Source: Octopus sinensis
Lineage: Eukaryota
Reading direction: 5' to 3'
DNA: 64,000 nt
Assembly: GCF_006345805.1 (NCBI RefSeq)
Contig: NC_042999.1
Span: forward strand, 39,432,001 to 39,496,000
A program made the position numbers and the translations under genes. Within the stretch, counting starts at the first letter, position 1. Every line of letters starts with the position of its first letter. The notes under the pieces are model-generated. The model was not told where the DNA came from and did not search any database. It saw only the letters and a program-made list of their open reading frames with translations. Of this stretch, positions 53,035 to 64,000 are shown one piece after another.

Positions 53035-56000
53035 ACACACACATCTCAGTGGACGTTGCGGAGTCTAAGATACAGATCCTTGAGCACGGTTATTCTTCTA
53101 CAATCAAAGACTTCACTCAGAACTTTGGAGATAAAGTTGAAGCATCTTGGGAAAAGAACTTTCAGTCTATGTCTACCTAAATGAGTTAACAATAAATGTA
53201 TAAATCATCATATAATATTGATCCGTAAATTTGAAATTCATTTTTGATATTGAATTTGTTCTTTAAACTGAAGTTATCCCCTACATTGATAACGTAAAAG
53301 ATTTTAGTGTTGTTCTGGTTTGAGTTCATGGCTTTGACGTGCCTTCTGAGAGTACTTAAATAAACCAATGAAGAATGACATTCTAGCTGTGGCCACCACA
53401 TATTCTTATATTTCAGAAATATGTCATGTCTTTCCTTAATCAGTGAATACAAACATGTAACTTCAATCGATTAGACTGTCAGTTCTTGGCCCGTTCTGAA
53501 ATTCTATTCATTTATACAATCACATCTTCATTATATCAGTATTATCTCAATCCGTCTTTATTTGCCATTCGAACTTACCGGAATTTCCCCGATGATGTTT
53601 AAAGCTTTATTGGATATTTAACAAAGTTTTAAGTATGTTCGCAAACTCAATCACAGCCTTACTCCGTTGTATAATCCGTCACAAATTCAGTTCTTTTCAA
53701 ATCAGTTTTCTTTTATTTCACATTACTTTTTATATTCCCATATATTCTCTTACCTTTTACTCACACTGTTTCTTTCCATTTTCTAACTCTTTCACAGTAA
53801 TATACTTAGTCATTTAGGTTTTGTCATTCTCATTCTTTAAAGAAATACTGTTCTGAAAATATTTGAAACTGTCGAAAATTTTTGAAAGGCATGACATATT
53901 TTTGATATATAAAAAATGTCGACGTAGTAAAGACGTCAGTTCTTCAACCGCACTATTATTAGGAGTATTTACTTTGGCAAGCTCCCATGTATCGGGGTCG
54001 ATATATGTGGGACATATGAAAACAGGCTGCAGTTTCACATATCCTTGTGAGCGAACCGTTCATTTTAAACCAAATTTTCAATCGTCCGTCCCTGTTGTAA
54101 CAAGTATTGATTTTATAGCATTGGTTAGCTCTGGGAGCTCTCTGTTCAAATAGTCTATGTTGAAAGCGTCTCTGTGGATAATTCAATCGAAAGAAGTGCT
54201 GTCAGACTTCGCAACAGCATGAGTGTCTGCCGATTACACATCAACTTTCCAATCAATTATTTGAAGTTCATCAGTACTCATCCCTCATGGAGGCCACTGA
54301 TGTACACTTTCCTTTTGCATCATAATCTGACAACTAAATCTCTCACACATGCAAGGAATTCTAACTCTATATACACAAATAGACACATTTCATACATCAC
54401 ATTTCCAAAAATTTTAAACAGCGCTGGATGTTTTCCGAATCTAATACGCATTCAGTCAACAGGCAATAAGAATAGAAAGAAGTTACAAAATAAGTCACAT
54501 AGCACTGTTGCCTGACAACCACAACCACACACATCCAAAACTCCTTCCAAATACAGGCCAATAGGCAATGATTACAAAGAACAAAGTGATAAATAATTTA
54601 CACTCACTTGCTGATATACTCTGTATTTTACGTTTCTTTCACTTCTTTTGTGATAACATGGATCTTTATGTAACACAATTCACCGATCCTTATCCTTATT
54701 GAATTTCCTCCGCCAAACATTGCAAGGAACTCTTCTCAACATATGTCTTTGATTTTCACTATTTCCTCATATATTCAGGCAACTAAAGTTTCTTTGTTCT
54801 ATTCTATTTTAAAACTTTCTCAAATTTAATATCAGCTTTATTCCGTGACCGCAGGACCAGAAAACATTTTCTACTGTAATACGAGACGAAGAGGTCTTTA
54901 AGCATTAACATTTCTGAATAACAACACAGAATGTATTACATTAGGCTTCCATGATGTGTGACCTATAACATTACAGAAAATCATTGATGTTAAAATACCT
55001 TTCATTTTAATAGATGTAATTCCTCTGAATTTAATTTCATTGAAATATATGCTCATCTCAAACGAAATACTTCATTAAAAACAAACTTGGGCCGAACTCA
55101 ATAATATAACTGTTGGACAAAACGAGTATTCCAGTTCAAAGATTGTTGAGAATGGTTAATTTTTGAATTGATTATACAAACATTGGATATTTAAAACAAC
55201 GGCATTAGCTTGTGAACCGAGATTGAACGTGTCATCTCTAATGAAACGCAAGAATAATATCGACCGCTGGCTACAAGTTAATCACTCTTTAATTCATAAT
55301 AAAACATCTTAAGATTGCGGCCATTGAAATAATAAAAGAAAGAAGACCAAAACATAAAATAAAATAAAATGTTTGAACAATTGAGTCTGACTGGATTTTA
55401 TTGATGTTCTGCGCTGTGATAATGAGGTTTTCAAAATGGCTGGATAGCATTGCATCTTAAAAGAAAATATGTTAATGGAGACAATCATCTTATTGTATCC
55501 GATTACTTTTGATCTGTCGTACATTATCATTAAACAGAGTCCTATTCCAACTGGTAACAATCGATAACATTGTTAGCTGTATCTGAAATTTTTGTTTATG
55601 GTCCTGATTATAATTTATTTTTCAGGCGGCCATTTATTTAGAGACAAAACACATAGAAGTTACTTTCAAGTTGCAACTTAACTTATGCGAAATAACTATT
55701 TACACTATGAAGCATCCAGTGTGATATATTGTACACCAAGTTCGTAAGTTCAGTCATCATTATGGGGAATTCGTCGCACAAATATATGTTTGTACTTCAT
55801 GATAAAATTTAAGAAAATTTAAGTCGTACTCTAAGTACATATAGAGGTATTGTTTTCATATATTATGAATAAAGTGTTAAAAATATTACTCATATTAGAG
55901 TTTGCTTTCAGTGTCCATGAACTCTGAAGCAAGTTCACGGCATGGAAGAGTGCAACGCAGTGCATACGTCTCCTGAGCAACTGTAAGATAACATCTTGAA

Positions 56001-56862
56001 CGAAGAACTGGAATAAAGGTCACAAAAAATACACAAATATATATCTATAAGAGGTAGATTGTATTATATGTATATGGCTATAACAATGTGATCTTCATTT
56101 CAGCTAGTTCCTTCAATAGATTTAAAATTCTGTTCATTCATATCACACGAGTATTGAATTTTATTATTCATATAACTACGTCAATTTATTAAATTTTTCC
56201 CCTAAATTTGTCTCTTCATCTAAACGCTACTCGAAAGTAATTTGGAATTTGTATTATGTGATCTTTGGACATTCTTACAAGGCATACTTCACCATGGTGG
56301 TTTTCCTATTTTGTCCTTAATAGACAGCAGAAAAACGTTTCGTTACGGATCATACAATCTGTGACACGAAATAGTTTTAGTTGAACTGTAATTTACAGGA
56401 ACGATTTTCTACTATATCAAGGAGGCTCCACGACGATAAATATTCTAAAACGTATTTTAAGACTAAACCTTTCCATTAACTTATATATTTGTAATTTTAC
56501 ATAAGAAAAAATTATTCAACATCAAGAGACATCGGAACATAACAAACTCGTTCATGCATTAGATAAGGATGAAATATGCTGCGATGGCAATTTTTTTTCA
56601 ATGTCAAATGTAACAAACTGAAACTTTATAAATCAAGGTTATTTGTGATATAAGCGGAAAGATTAATCAAAACTTTACATATTTTGTCCTTAATGTTATA
56701 AATCATTGCGTTTCATGTGGAACTGAAGGTTTAATTGTTTCACTGCATTAAACTCGACTTTCTTACTTGTTTCTGGCATAAATCATGCAACAGTATTTCA
56801 AACATGCATACCAAAATAGCAGTTGTCCAAATATTCTTCCTAGATCATCGCGTAAAACTTAC

Positions 56863-56946
56863 ATTGTGAAATGAAGGAACGTAGAAGGGAAATAATCATT
56901 TATAATTGGATCAGGAACGATTTTCATATGCCACAAATATGTTTGA
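56863..56946 (-). CDS. Candidate internal exon (QTYLWHMKIVPDPIINDYFPSTFLHFT)
   Basis: Acceptor cattttctaccacttcactcAG, donor AAT/GTaagt, 84 nt, one open frame, phase 2-2. Confidence 0.35.
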
Positions 56947-58599
56947 CTGAGTGAAGTGGTAGAAAATGAACAAACTATATATAAACAGAGTATATAAGAA
57001 CATATATAAGACAACCACGAGGTACAATTATGAAAACCGTCAATATTTTCGTCATATATTTGTGAAGAATTTCGTTTACGCTGAGATATTGGTATGCAAA
57101 ATGTGAAAAACATTAGACGACAAAATTTGATGTGTAAATCGATATCAAATATCCATGTATAACAGTGATATCTGGATAACCGGCATTATATATTTAGTTT
57201 TGTTGACGAAACTTCATTATTTGTAACAGACATTGGTTCTACAAAAAGTATTTCAGTAAAGCAAGAAATTATAAAATACTCATATAAGAATATCAATAAT
57301 GTATGTTGCTATGTATAGTTCGCGTCAGGCTTAGCAGTTTGGAATTTGTTTCCTATTTAATATCAGTTTCCATTTTTCTCAATAGAGTTACATCAATTCT
57401 GTAACTCAACGTTGCTAATCTTTCACAGGTTCTTTTATGTTTTGATGTAGGAAAAAATTCCACAAATTCGTTTCTATATATCAAGAAAGTATCAGGTAAA
57501 TGTCTCTCTAAATATCGTTACTATAAGTCAATATAATGACGTAGTCCCAGCATAGCCATAGCGTTCGTGCTGAAAGTAGTTAAAAAATACGTATATATAT
57601 ATATGTATATGTATATATATATGTATATATATGTATGTATATATATTTATATATATATATATGTGTGTGTGTATATATATATATAAGCTTGTATGTGTAT
57701 GCATACACACACATAAACACACACACACACACACGTATATATATATATATACGTATACATAATATTATTGAAATTAATAATAATATGTACCAAAATTTAT
57801 GTCAACACAACATTATCAAAGTAATCCAAAATGGTCAAATTGTAACTGAACATCAGAAAAGGAATTGACTTGCGAAAAAACGCTAACAAAAAGAAACACC
57901 AAATGAAATTTAACTTTGTTATGCTTAATAGATAGTATTTCTACATTTTACTTGATGATTCTATGATATGCTTAATAGATAACTGAATAATAAAAGCTAC
58001 AGATAAGAATTCTCCGCACGGCTTAATGGAAACATATATTTTATCTCATAATAATTAATTACCTATTTATTTAATATATAAAAACCCTTCTAGAGGAGCT
58101 AACCTTATTTTATAATAACTGAAGAGTTATTATATTCAACAATATATACAGCCGCCGAGGATTTCACTGGGTAATTGGAGAATAAAAATTAGAGAAAAGA
58201 CCACCATTATTCACTATAATATATTCTTATATAAGTATTAACATTATATAATAATTCAAAAATTAATATAATTAATAATATATAATATTCTTGATCATTA
58301 CGGAAGATGAGTAAAGAATAAAATTAACGGAAAATATAAATACCTATTTATATTTATATGATAACCTTGTATAGGAATCTAGGTTATCATATAATAATTG
58401 AACAATTACTATAATTAATAATATTTACAATTCTTGATGATCTCGGAGGATAATTAAATGAATAAAAAATGTATACGTAAGTATTTTACGTTATGCTTAA
58501 TCGAAGCTTAGATACTTTACATCGCAAGAACTAATTACTTATTGATTATATTAAGCGCTTTAATAGTAATCAGACTTATTATATACTAATTACTTAAAT

Positions 58600-59600
58600 G
58601 ATTATAATACATAATAATTGAAATATTTGAATGTCTTTCTAAATTTGTTGCGTCATCTTAAAGTTAAGTGCCCATTAAACTTCAATAAAATTAATTTAGA
58701 AGTAATTATAAAATATAATCCTTCGAGGCAAAGAGTACAAGTAAAATTACCTAAATTATACGATGGTGCATAATTAATAATGGATAGCTTTAAAATATAT
58801 TTAATTTTCTTACCCTTCAAATTCCAAATGGAATTACTAAGTTTAGTAGAATTACATTTACTTCTAGAATATAGATTTCAAACCAGGAGCAGAAGAACCG
58901 ATATGCCAATACTTACGATGCATAGTTATTACTTTGCAATGATATATTATATTCTTTAAACATTAATTTCCTAAACGGTATCGAGTTTTGTATACACAAT
59001 TGCACTTGGATTTGTTCACTCGTATGTTGGCTGCATATAAGAATTTCTGTTAGCACCTGTATGTAAAATGAGGTTTTAAGGTTAGATTATAATTATTATT
59101 GTTATTAAAATTAATATAAACACGAGATAAAATACTAACTATATCATTAGCATTTTGATCAATTATAGAAACTAAACCGTGTTCCGAATTATTATCAATA
59201 ACGTTAATTTCACTATACATATTATCAGTTCTATAATTATTTATATATTTAGAATTTGTGTATTCTCTAAATTACTGTTTATTTTATACTGCAATAATCT
59301 CAGTTTAAATTTTAGTAGTGAATACGAAAACTTAACACACTGTCAATTAAATAATTTTTCTTTCTTACATGAAGGTGGGTAATACCTATCTAGTGCTACA
59401 AAGAATTTTCGAGGGATATTAGAAGCTATTGAATAGGAAAATGGAGTCTTATAATATATATCATTTATTGAGCTATTTTTCTTATTTCTATAAATATTTT
59501 TGTCAGTATTACTTTTATTAAAATTGAATGGTTTCCTATTATAATTTCTATTCATAAATTTGTAGTTTTTATGATTATCATTCCTCCATAACACGACGTA
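58600..59600 (-). mobile_element. Naiad-like Penelope element: C-terminal linker and GIY-YIG endonuclease, degenerate and extremely AT-rich
   Basis: IYYKTPFSYSIASNIPRKFF.ALDRYYP...KLFN*QCVKFSYS; KCNC..K....LGN*CLKNIIYHCKV...WHIGSS; STKLSNSIWNLK...YAPSY...CTLCLE...LLK...R*RNKF. Confidence 0.8.
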
Positions 59601-59689
59601 GGTAAAAATACACCCGAGAATTTAGTCATCTATCAAGTCACATCCAGGACCTCAGGCAGATAACAATTTCAATAAGATGTGTGATGTAC

Positions 59690-60780
59690 CCAATAAGGCT
59701 GCTTTTTGAAATACATCAATATTTTGTGGGAGTTCCAGTTACCTTAAGAAGATTTGAAGCTTCAATGGGCTTGAGCCCAACGCTCCGATTAACACTGGTA
59801 TCACTTTTACATTACCCTATCGCATTCCATACAGTGTTCCCATTTCCAATTTCAATTCAGAGTACTTGGTGATTTTTCACAACATTCATGTAATTTGTTA
59901 TGGCTACATCAATGATATGAAGGTATTTGTTTCTCTTATTCAATATGACACTATACTGCCGACGGTGCCTGATTACACGATCCGTCTGAAAATCATACTC
60001 CTAGAGAATCGTTACTATTTCATCCTCCCGCATAACTTTCTTGGTACATGCTCGCAGCAGTATTTGCGTCATAACATTGTTGCTGGGCTTGTATTCTTTT
60101 TGCACAGGGCTCTCATTTTAACTTGCCAAGTGGTTCACATTTTAACACTCTTTCCACAAAGTCGTTTTATAGATGGTATCCTTCACTGAATTGGTAGCAA
60201 GAGCCTGGTCATGTGCAGCAATGATTAAGTTTTTAGTAGTACGCTTCAAATCACCTCACTCAAGCCATGCCCACGACGCTTAACGTCCTGTGTATTCCTT
60301 TGAAACTGTCCAAGCATTCTCATTTCAAGACGGTCTTATTTTCACTTCTCCTATGCTCTTTGGTTAAAAAATTCCTTGCCCAAAATTTCACCTGCATTTA
60401 CACCAATATCTTTTGCGGTATATTGCAGCAAGACTTCCTCGCCGTTTATCAAATAACTAACAAGCTTTATCCTTATCAATTAGTTCTCTGCCACCATTCT
60501 TTCATTTCATATACAGTCTGTTTACGTTTGCTTTAGAGTGTAGCGCCCCGTGCAGCGTCATCAACTTTCTCGTCCTATCCAATGTTGATATTTCCTCCTT
60601 TTTCCATTTGGGGATGGACGTACTATATCGGACCACCGAAACTGACAAGATATTCATTGTGGTAATCACATTTTTGGCATTTAGGTTGGATTTCAACACT
60701 GTCTTCACCCTTTATTTATACACTTCGCTGACCATGACTTTCAGTTCTCTGTGGAGAATGTCATTCAGCTCCAAAATCTC
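59690..60780 (-). mobile_element. Older R4/Dong-like LINE internal fragment
   Basis: KTVLKSNLNAKNVITTMN...EISTLDR.RKLMTLHGALHSKANVNRLY aligns with the 639-aa ORF; decayed AHDQAL, C..C and RHN motifs. Confidence 0.85.
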
Positions 60781-60833
<53 letters not shown>

Positions 60834-60844
60834 TAGTAATAATG

Positions 60845-60936
<92 letters not shown>

Positions 60937-60947
60937 CATTATTATTT

Positions 60948-61243
60948 TATATTTGACTTTTGCTTTAAATTTGTACAAGTTGGCTCCAACCATCACCCAA
61001 AGACCTCAAGAGACAACAAGTTAGAAGTTCATGTTGGTGTTATGCCTAGGGTGCCATAAATTTGGTTTTTTAACTTAGTTTTGTTCTAGAGAATGTTTAA
61101 GAAACCATAAGGAAATTAAGTGTTTGTTTTAAAATTTGTGTTTACATAGAAAGTATTTTGCGTAGGATATGGGTAGTTCCGCTGAACACTATCTTTTGAA
61201 TTTCTGCCATTTTGGGGTTTCTTGGTATCTGAGCTAGGTAGCT
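60948..61243 (-). mobile_element. 3' fragment of the R4/Dong-like LINE, in (TAA)n
   Basis: Matches 16214-16530; (TTA)n at its 3' side. Confidence 0.9.
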
Positions 61244-61380
61244 TATTGATAATCTTTCGAAACAGTGTTTAGATTCTATATTTGATCGAAATACTGATAA
61301 TGTAGTTAGTGTTTCACCTTCAATTAATAATGATAATAATAATAATAATAATAATGATAATAATAATAATAATAATAATG

Positions 61381-61429
<49 letters not shown>

Positions 61430-61761
61430 TTATAATCCACCATGAACACTCAGTTTACAGACCGGCGAGTAATAAGGTGGTGATATATTTTATTGAGACA
61501 ACACGAATACAAGTCTTTGTGTATATGTATGTTATTTTATGCATGGATACCTTTGATGCAAGTTTGACGAAGTGCTTCTCTAAAGTCTAAAACCGTAAGC
61601 ATTATGTGAATTTTTATAGACCATTTTTTCGTACACTGGCGTCGCAAAAGATATGTTACGAAAATACGAAAATAACTGTAACTAATAATTTAAGACCTGT
61701 TAAAGAACATGCACCTGTATACATACATACATACATACAAAAAAAATATATATATATATAA

Positions 61762-61792
<31 letters not shown>

Positions 61793-62573
61793 AATATATA
61801 TATATACATACACATATGTACATACACATATATACATACAAATATATATATATCTATATATATATGCATATTAAGCTATACTTTTACTTATATAATATGC
61901 GCATTAATGTAAGCATGATGAACGACTGCATAAAGAATTGTCGTCGCATTTTTAAATGCAAATTGGTATTTAATGGATTGGATAGTATAGAATTCTTCGA
62001 ATCCATCTTACACAAATGAAGCTTTTACATTTACAAGTACGCTGAATACATTTTCCTCATTTCTTTTTAATTAATTTATATATCATAATAGCTCATTTAG
62101 TTTTACAACACTGATTAATCTTGTCGCAACTGGTATTATAAAATTTCTTTCCTAGACAATGCCTGTGTTATATATTTTTATTTTATTAGTGCCTCAGTTT
62201 TGGATTTCCCTGTTTATTTCACAAGAATAGGTGATAATTTTGCGCTGTTGGAGATTCGTAAACTAAAAAAAAAATTTGTCGATAAAGTATTATCTTATTA
62301 TACTGAGCGCTAAATAATATCTCTAGCCTGAAACAATTGTTTTATTTATAGCAATACTCAAATGAAGCATACACATTATAATTGGGTATGTTGGGAAATC
62401 TTAAAAATGGAACTAAAATTATATAGATACAATAAAATTTAAAATATGGCAAACTAACACTATACAATACATATTCAAATGATTGTATTTAAAATAGCAT
62501 AAACATATTTTTTTCGTAAATGACAATGGGAGCTTGCACACACACACACACACACGCACACACACACACACAC

Positions 62574-62623
<50 letters not shown>

Positions 62624-62652
62624 TATATAAATATATAATATAATATATATAC

Positions 62653-62687
<35 letters not shown>

Positions 62688-62836
62688 TTATGTGAAATAG
62701 AAAGATGAATAATCTTGTTGTAGATTAATCAAAAGTTAACCGATACCTTAGTAGCAAAAATCACAGCAGTAAACAGCACGGTTGGAGGTACAACCATCTG
62801 GCGTTGCAACCGTGCGTTGGTGCGGATAATTGAAAT

Positions 62837-63045
62837 TAAAACATTATTGGTGAATTGAAGAAATGGAGCTGAACGCAGATTGAACGGAAATCGTTTTATT
62901 TCATTCTACACGTGTTTCGAAAGGCACAAATTACCAATCGGATTTTGGTAATTTGTGCCTTTCGAAACACGTGTAGAATGAAATAAAACGATTTCTGTTC
63001 AATCTGCGTTCAGCTCCATTTCTTCAATTCACCAATAATGTTTTA
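62837..63045. repeat. Long palindrome: 101-bp arms, 7-nt loop, one mismatch
   Basis: 62837-62937 is the reverse complement of 62945-63045 except gaacGgaaat versus atttcTgttc. Confidence 0.95.
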
Positions 63046-63062
63046 TATATATATATATATAT

Positions 63063-63190
63063 ATACGAATAGTGTATGAAAAGTTTTGTGCCTGCACGGC
63101 CTTTGAGCCTTGAAATTTTGTATCTTCATCAGAAGTCTCGTAACATTTTTTCTGTTTTAGGCTCAAGACTGTTCATAAACCCCTCGTACA
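63063..63190. mobile_element. Small mariner-type MITE/deletion derivative
   Basis: TAcgaatagtgtatgaaaagtt ... ttcataaacccctcgTA imperfect TIRs. Confidence 0.5.
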
Positions 63191-64000
63191 TGTGTGTGTG
63201 TTAATTTGTATATACCATGATGAGAAAAAATTCTCAGTTATGTTTTTACGTTGATGAATATGAGGTGCATTCTTTCTTTATACGTTCCGAGCGATTAGAT
63301 CGTGGTGATGCTAGTTGCAGTTGTGCTTCATCACTGAAAAACATTCGCTTTCAGACGAATGCGAATTTATAAGAGACTTGATACATTAACATCATGTACG
63401 TTGAGTCACCAGGTGTTTCGGCATTATTTTGACTCAAAAAAGAAACCTCACTCAGTTTCTAGCAAGATGCTGTGGCTGTTCTTCACTAATTTAGAATATT
63501 TACTCTTTTCGAAGTCAACCCATAGCAAACTCATCGCATACAAACGAACTATTCAAACTTATCGAATGATCAAAGGCAGAATTGAATTTCTGGAAATGAG
63601 AGGAAAATTACAAGCAGACATCTAAGAACGTGCAATAATCTAGGATAGAAAGAGTTTAAATACGGGCATGACTATGCCAGCCATAATCAAGTGTCAAGGA
63701 AATTCAGAACATTACGAAATATTAAGAGCTATGCAAAGATAATGGCACATTCTGAATAACAGCATCGTTGAACAAATATCATTTAAGAACCCACATTTGG
63801 CACACACATTTATTATCTTACCATGCAATATACACTATCATTGTATCTAGTTTATTTGATGACCTTACAGAAACCATAATTTTTTGTACAAAAGTAATAA
63901 TCGAAGTTCGAATACGCTGTATAATACATATTTTTAAGGCATTTTGTATGGCAGGACATTTGCTCACTGTACATGCTTGATTAATTATGCTTTTCTTTAT

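Noticed and set aside
53959-54295. Alternative genetic code (TGA=Trp) for the decayed ORF
   Set aside because: The frame also contains a TAA; TGG to TGA decay explains it, and the rest of the window uses the standard code.
58357-58392. SECIS candidate (ATGA at the base of a hairpin)
   Set aside because: The stem is fully Watson-Crick, with no tandem G.A quartet or apical AA motif.
57900-59660. Possible mitochondrial insertion (NUMT) because of extreme AT content
   Set aside because: No rRNA, tRNA or respiratory-gene motif recognised; the minus strand instead translates to a PLE linker and GIY-YIG domain.

Overview
Very AT-rich, microsatellite-dense eukaryotic DNA. The SINE, LINE and microsatellite repertoire suggests an octopus-type cephalopod genome (inference, not tested). 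No complete host gene is visible, only a few short candidate minus-strand exons. Most short ORFs in the track are microsatellite translations. The window is mainly mobile DNA: an R4/Dong-like RLE LINE with an unbroken 639-aa RT-to-endonuclease frame inside a nest of (TAA)n-flanked retroposons, CR1, RTE and L1/Tx1-like LINE remnants, Penelope-like elements (Neptune-like and Naiad-like), several mariner/Tc1 copies, a Chapaev-like remnant, a Gypsy integrase with its LTR, and tRNA-derived SINEs. The most striking unexplained layer is a set of hammerhead ribozyme (HHR) motifs in at least four sequence families. One is a ~347-nt tandem retrozyme-like repeat found at two loci. At one locus two related LINE-derived elements sit head-to-tail at the same position, 13 nt upstream of the HHR core, each followed by a copy of a ~12-bp target sequence; the other locus shows the empty site. 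A second HHR family forms the tail of a tRNA-headed SINE. All family names come from motif recognition by eye; no database searches were run.
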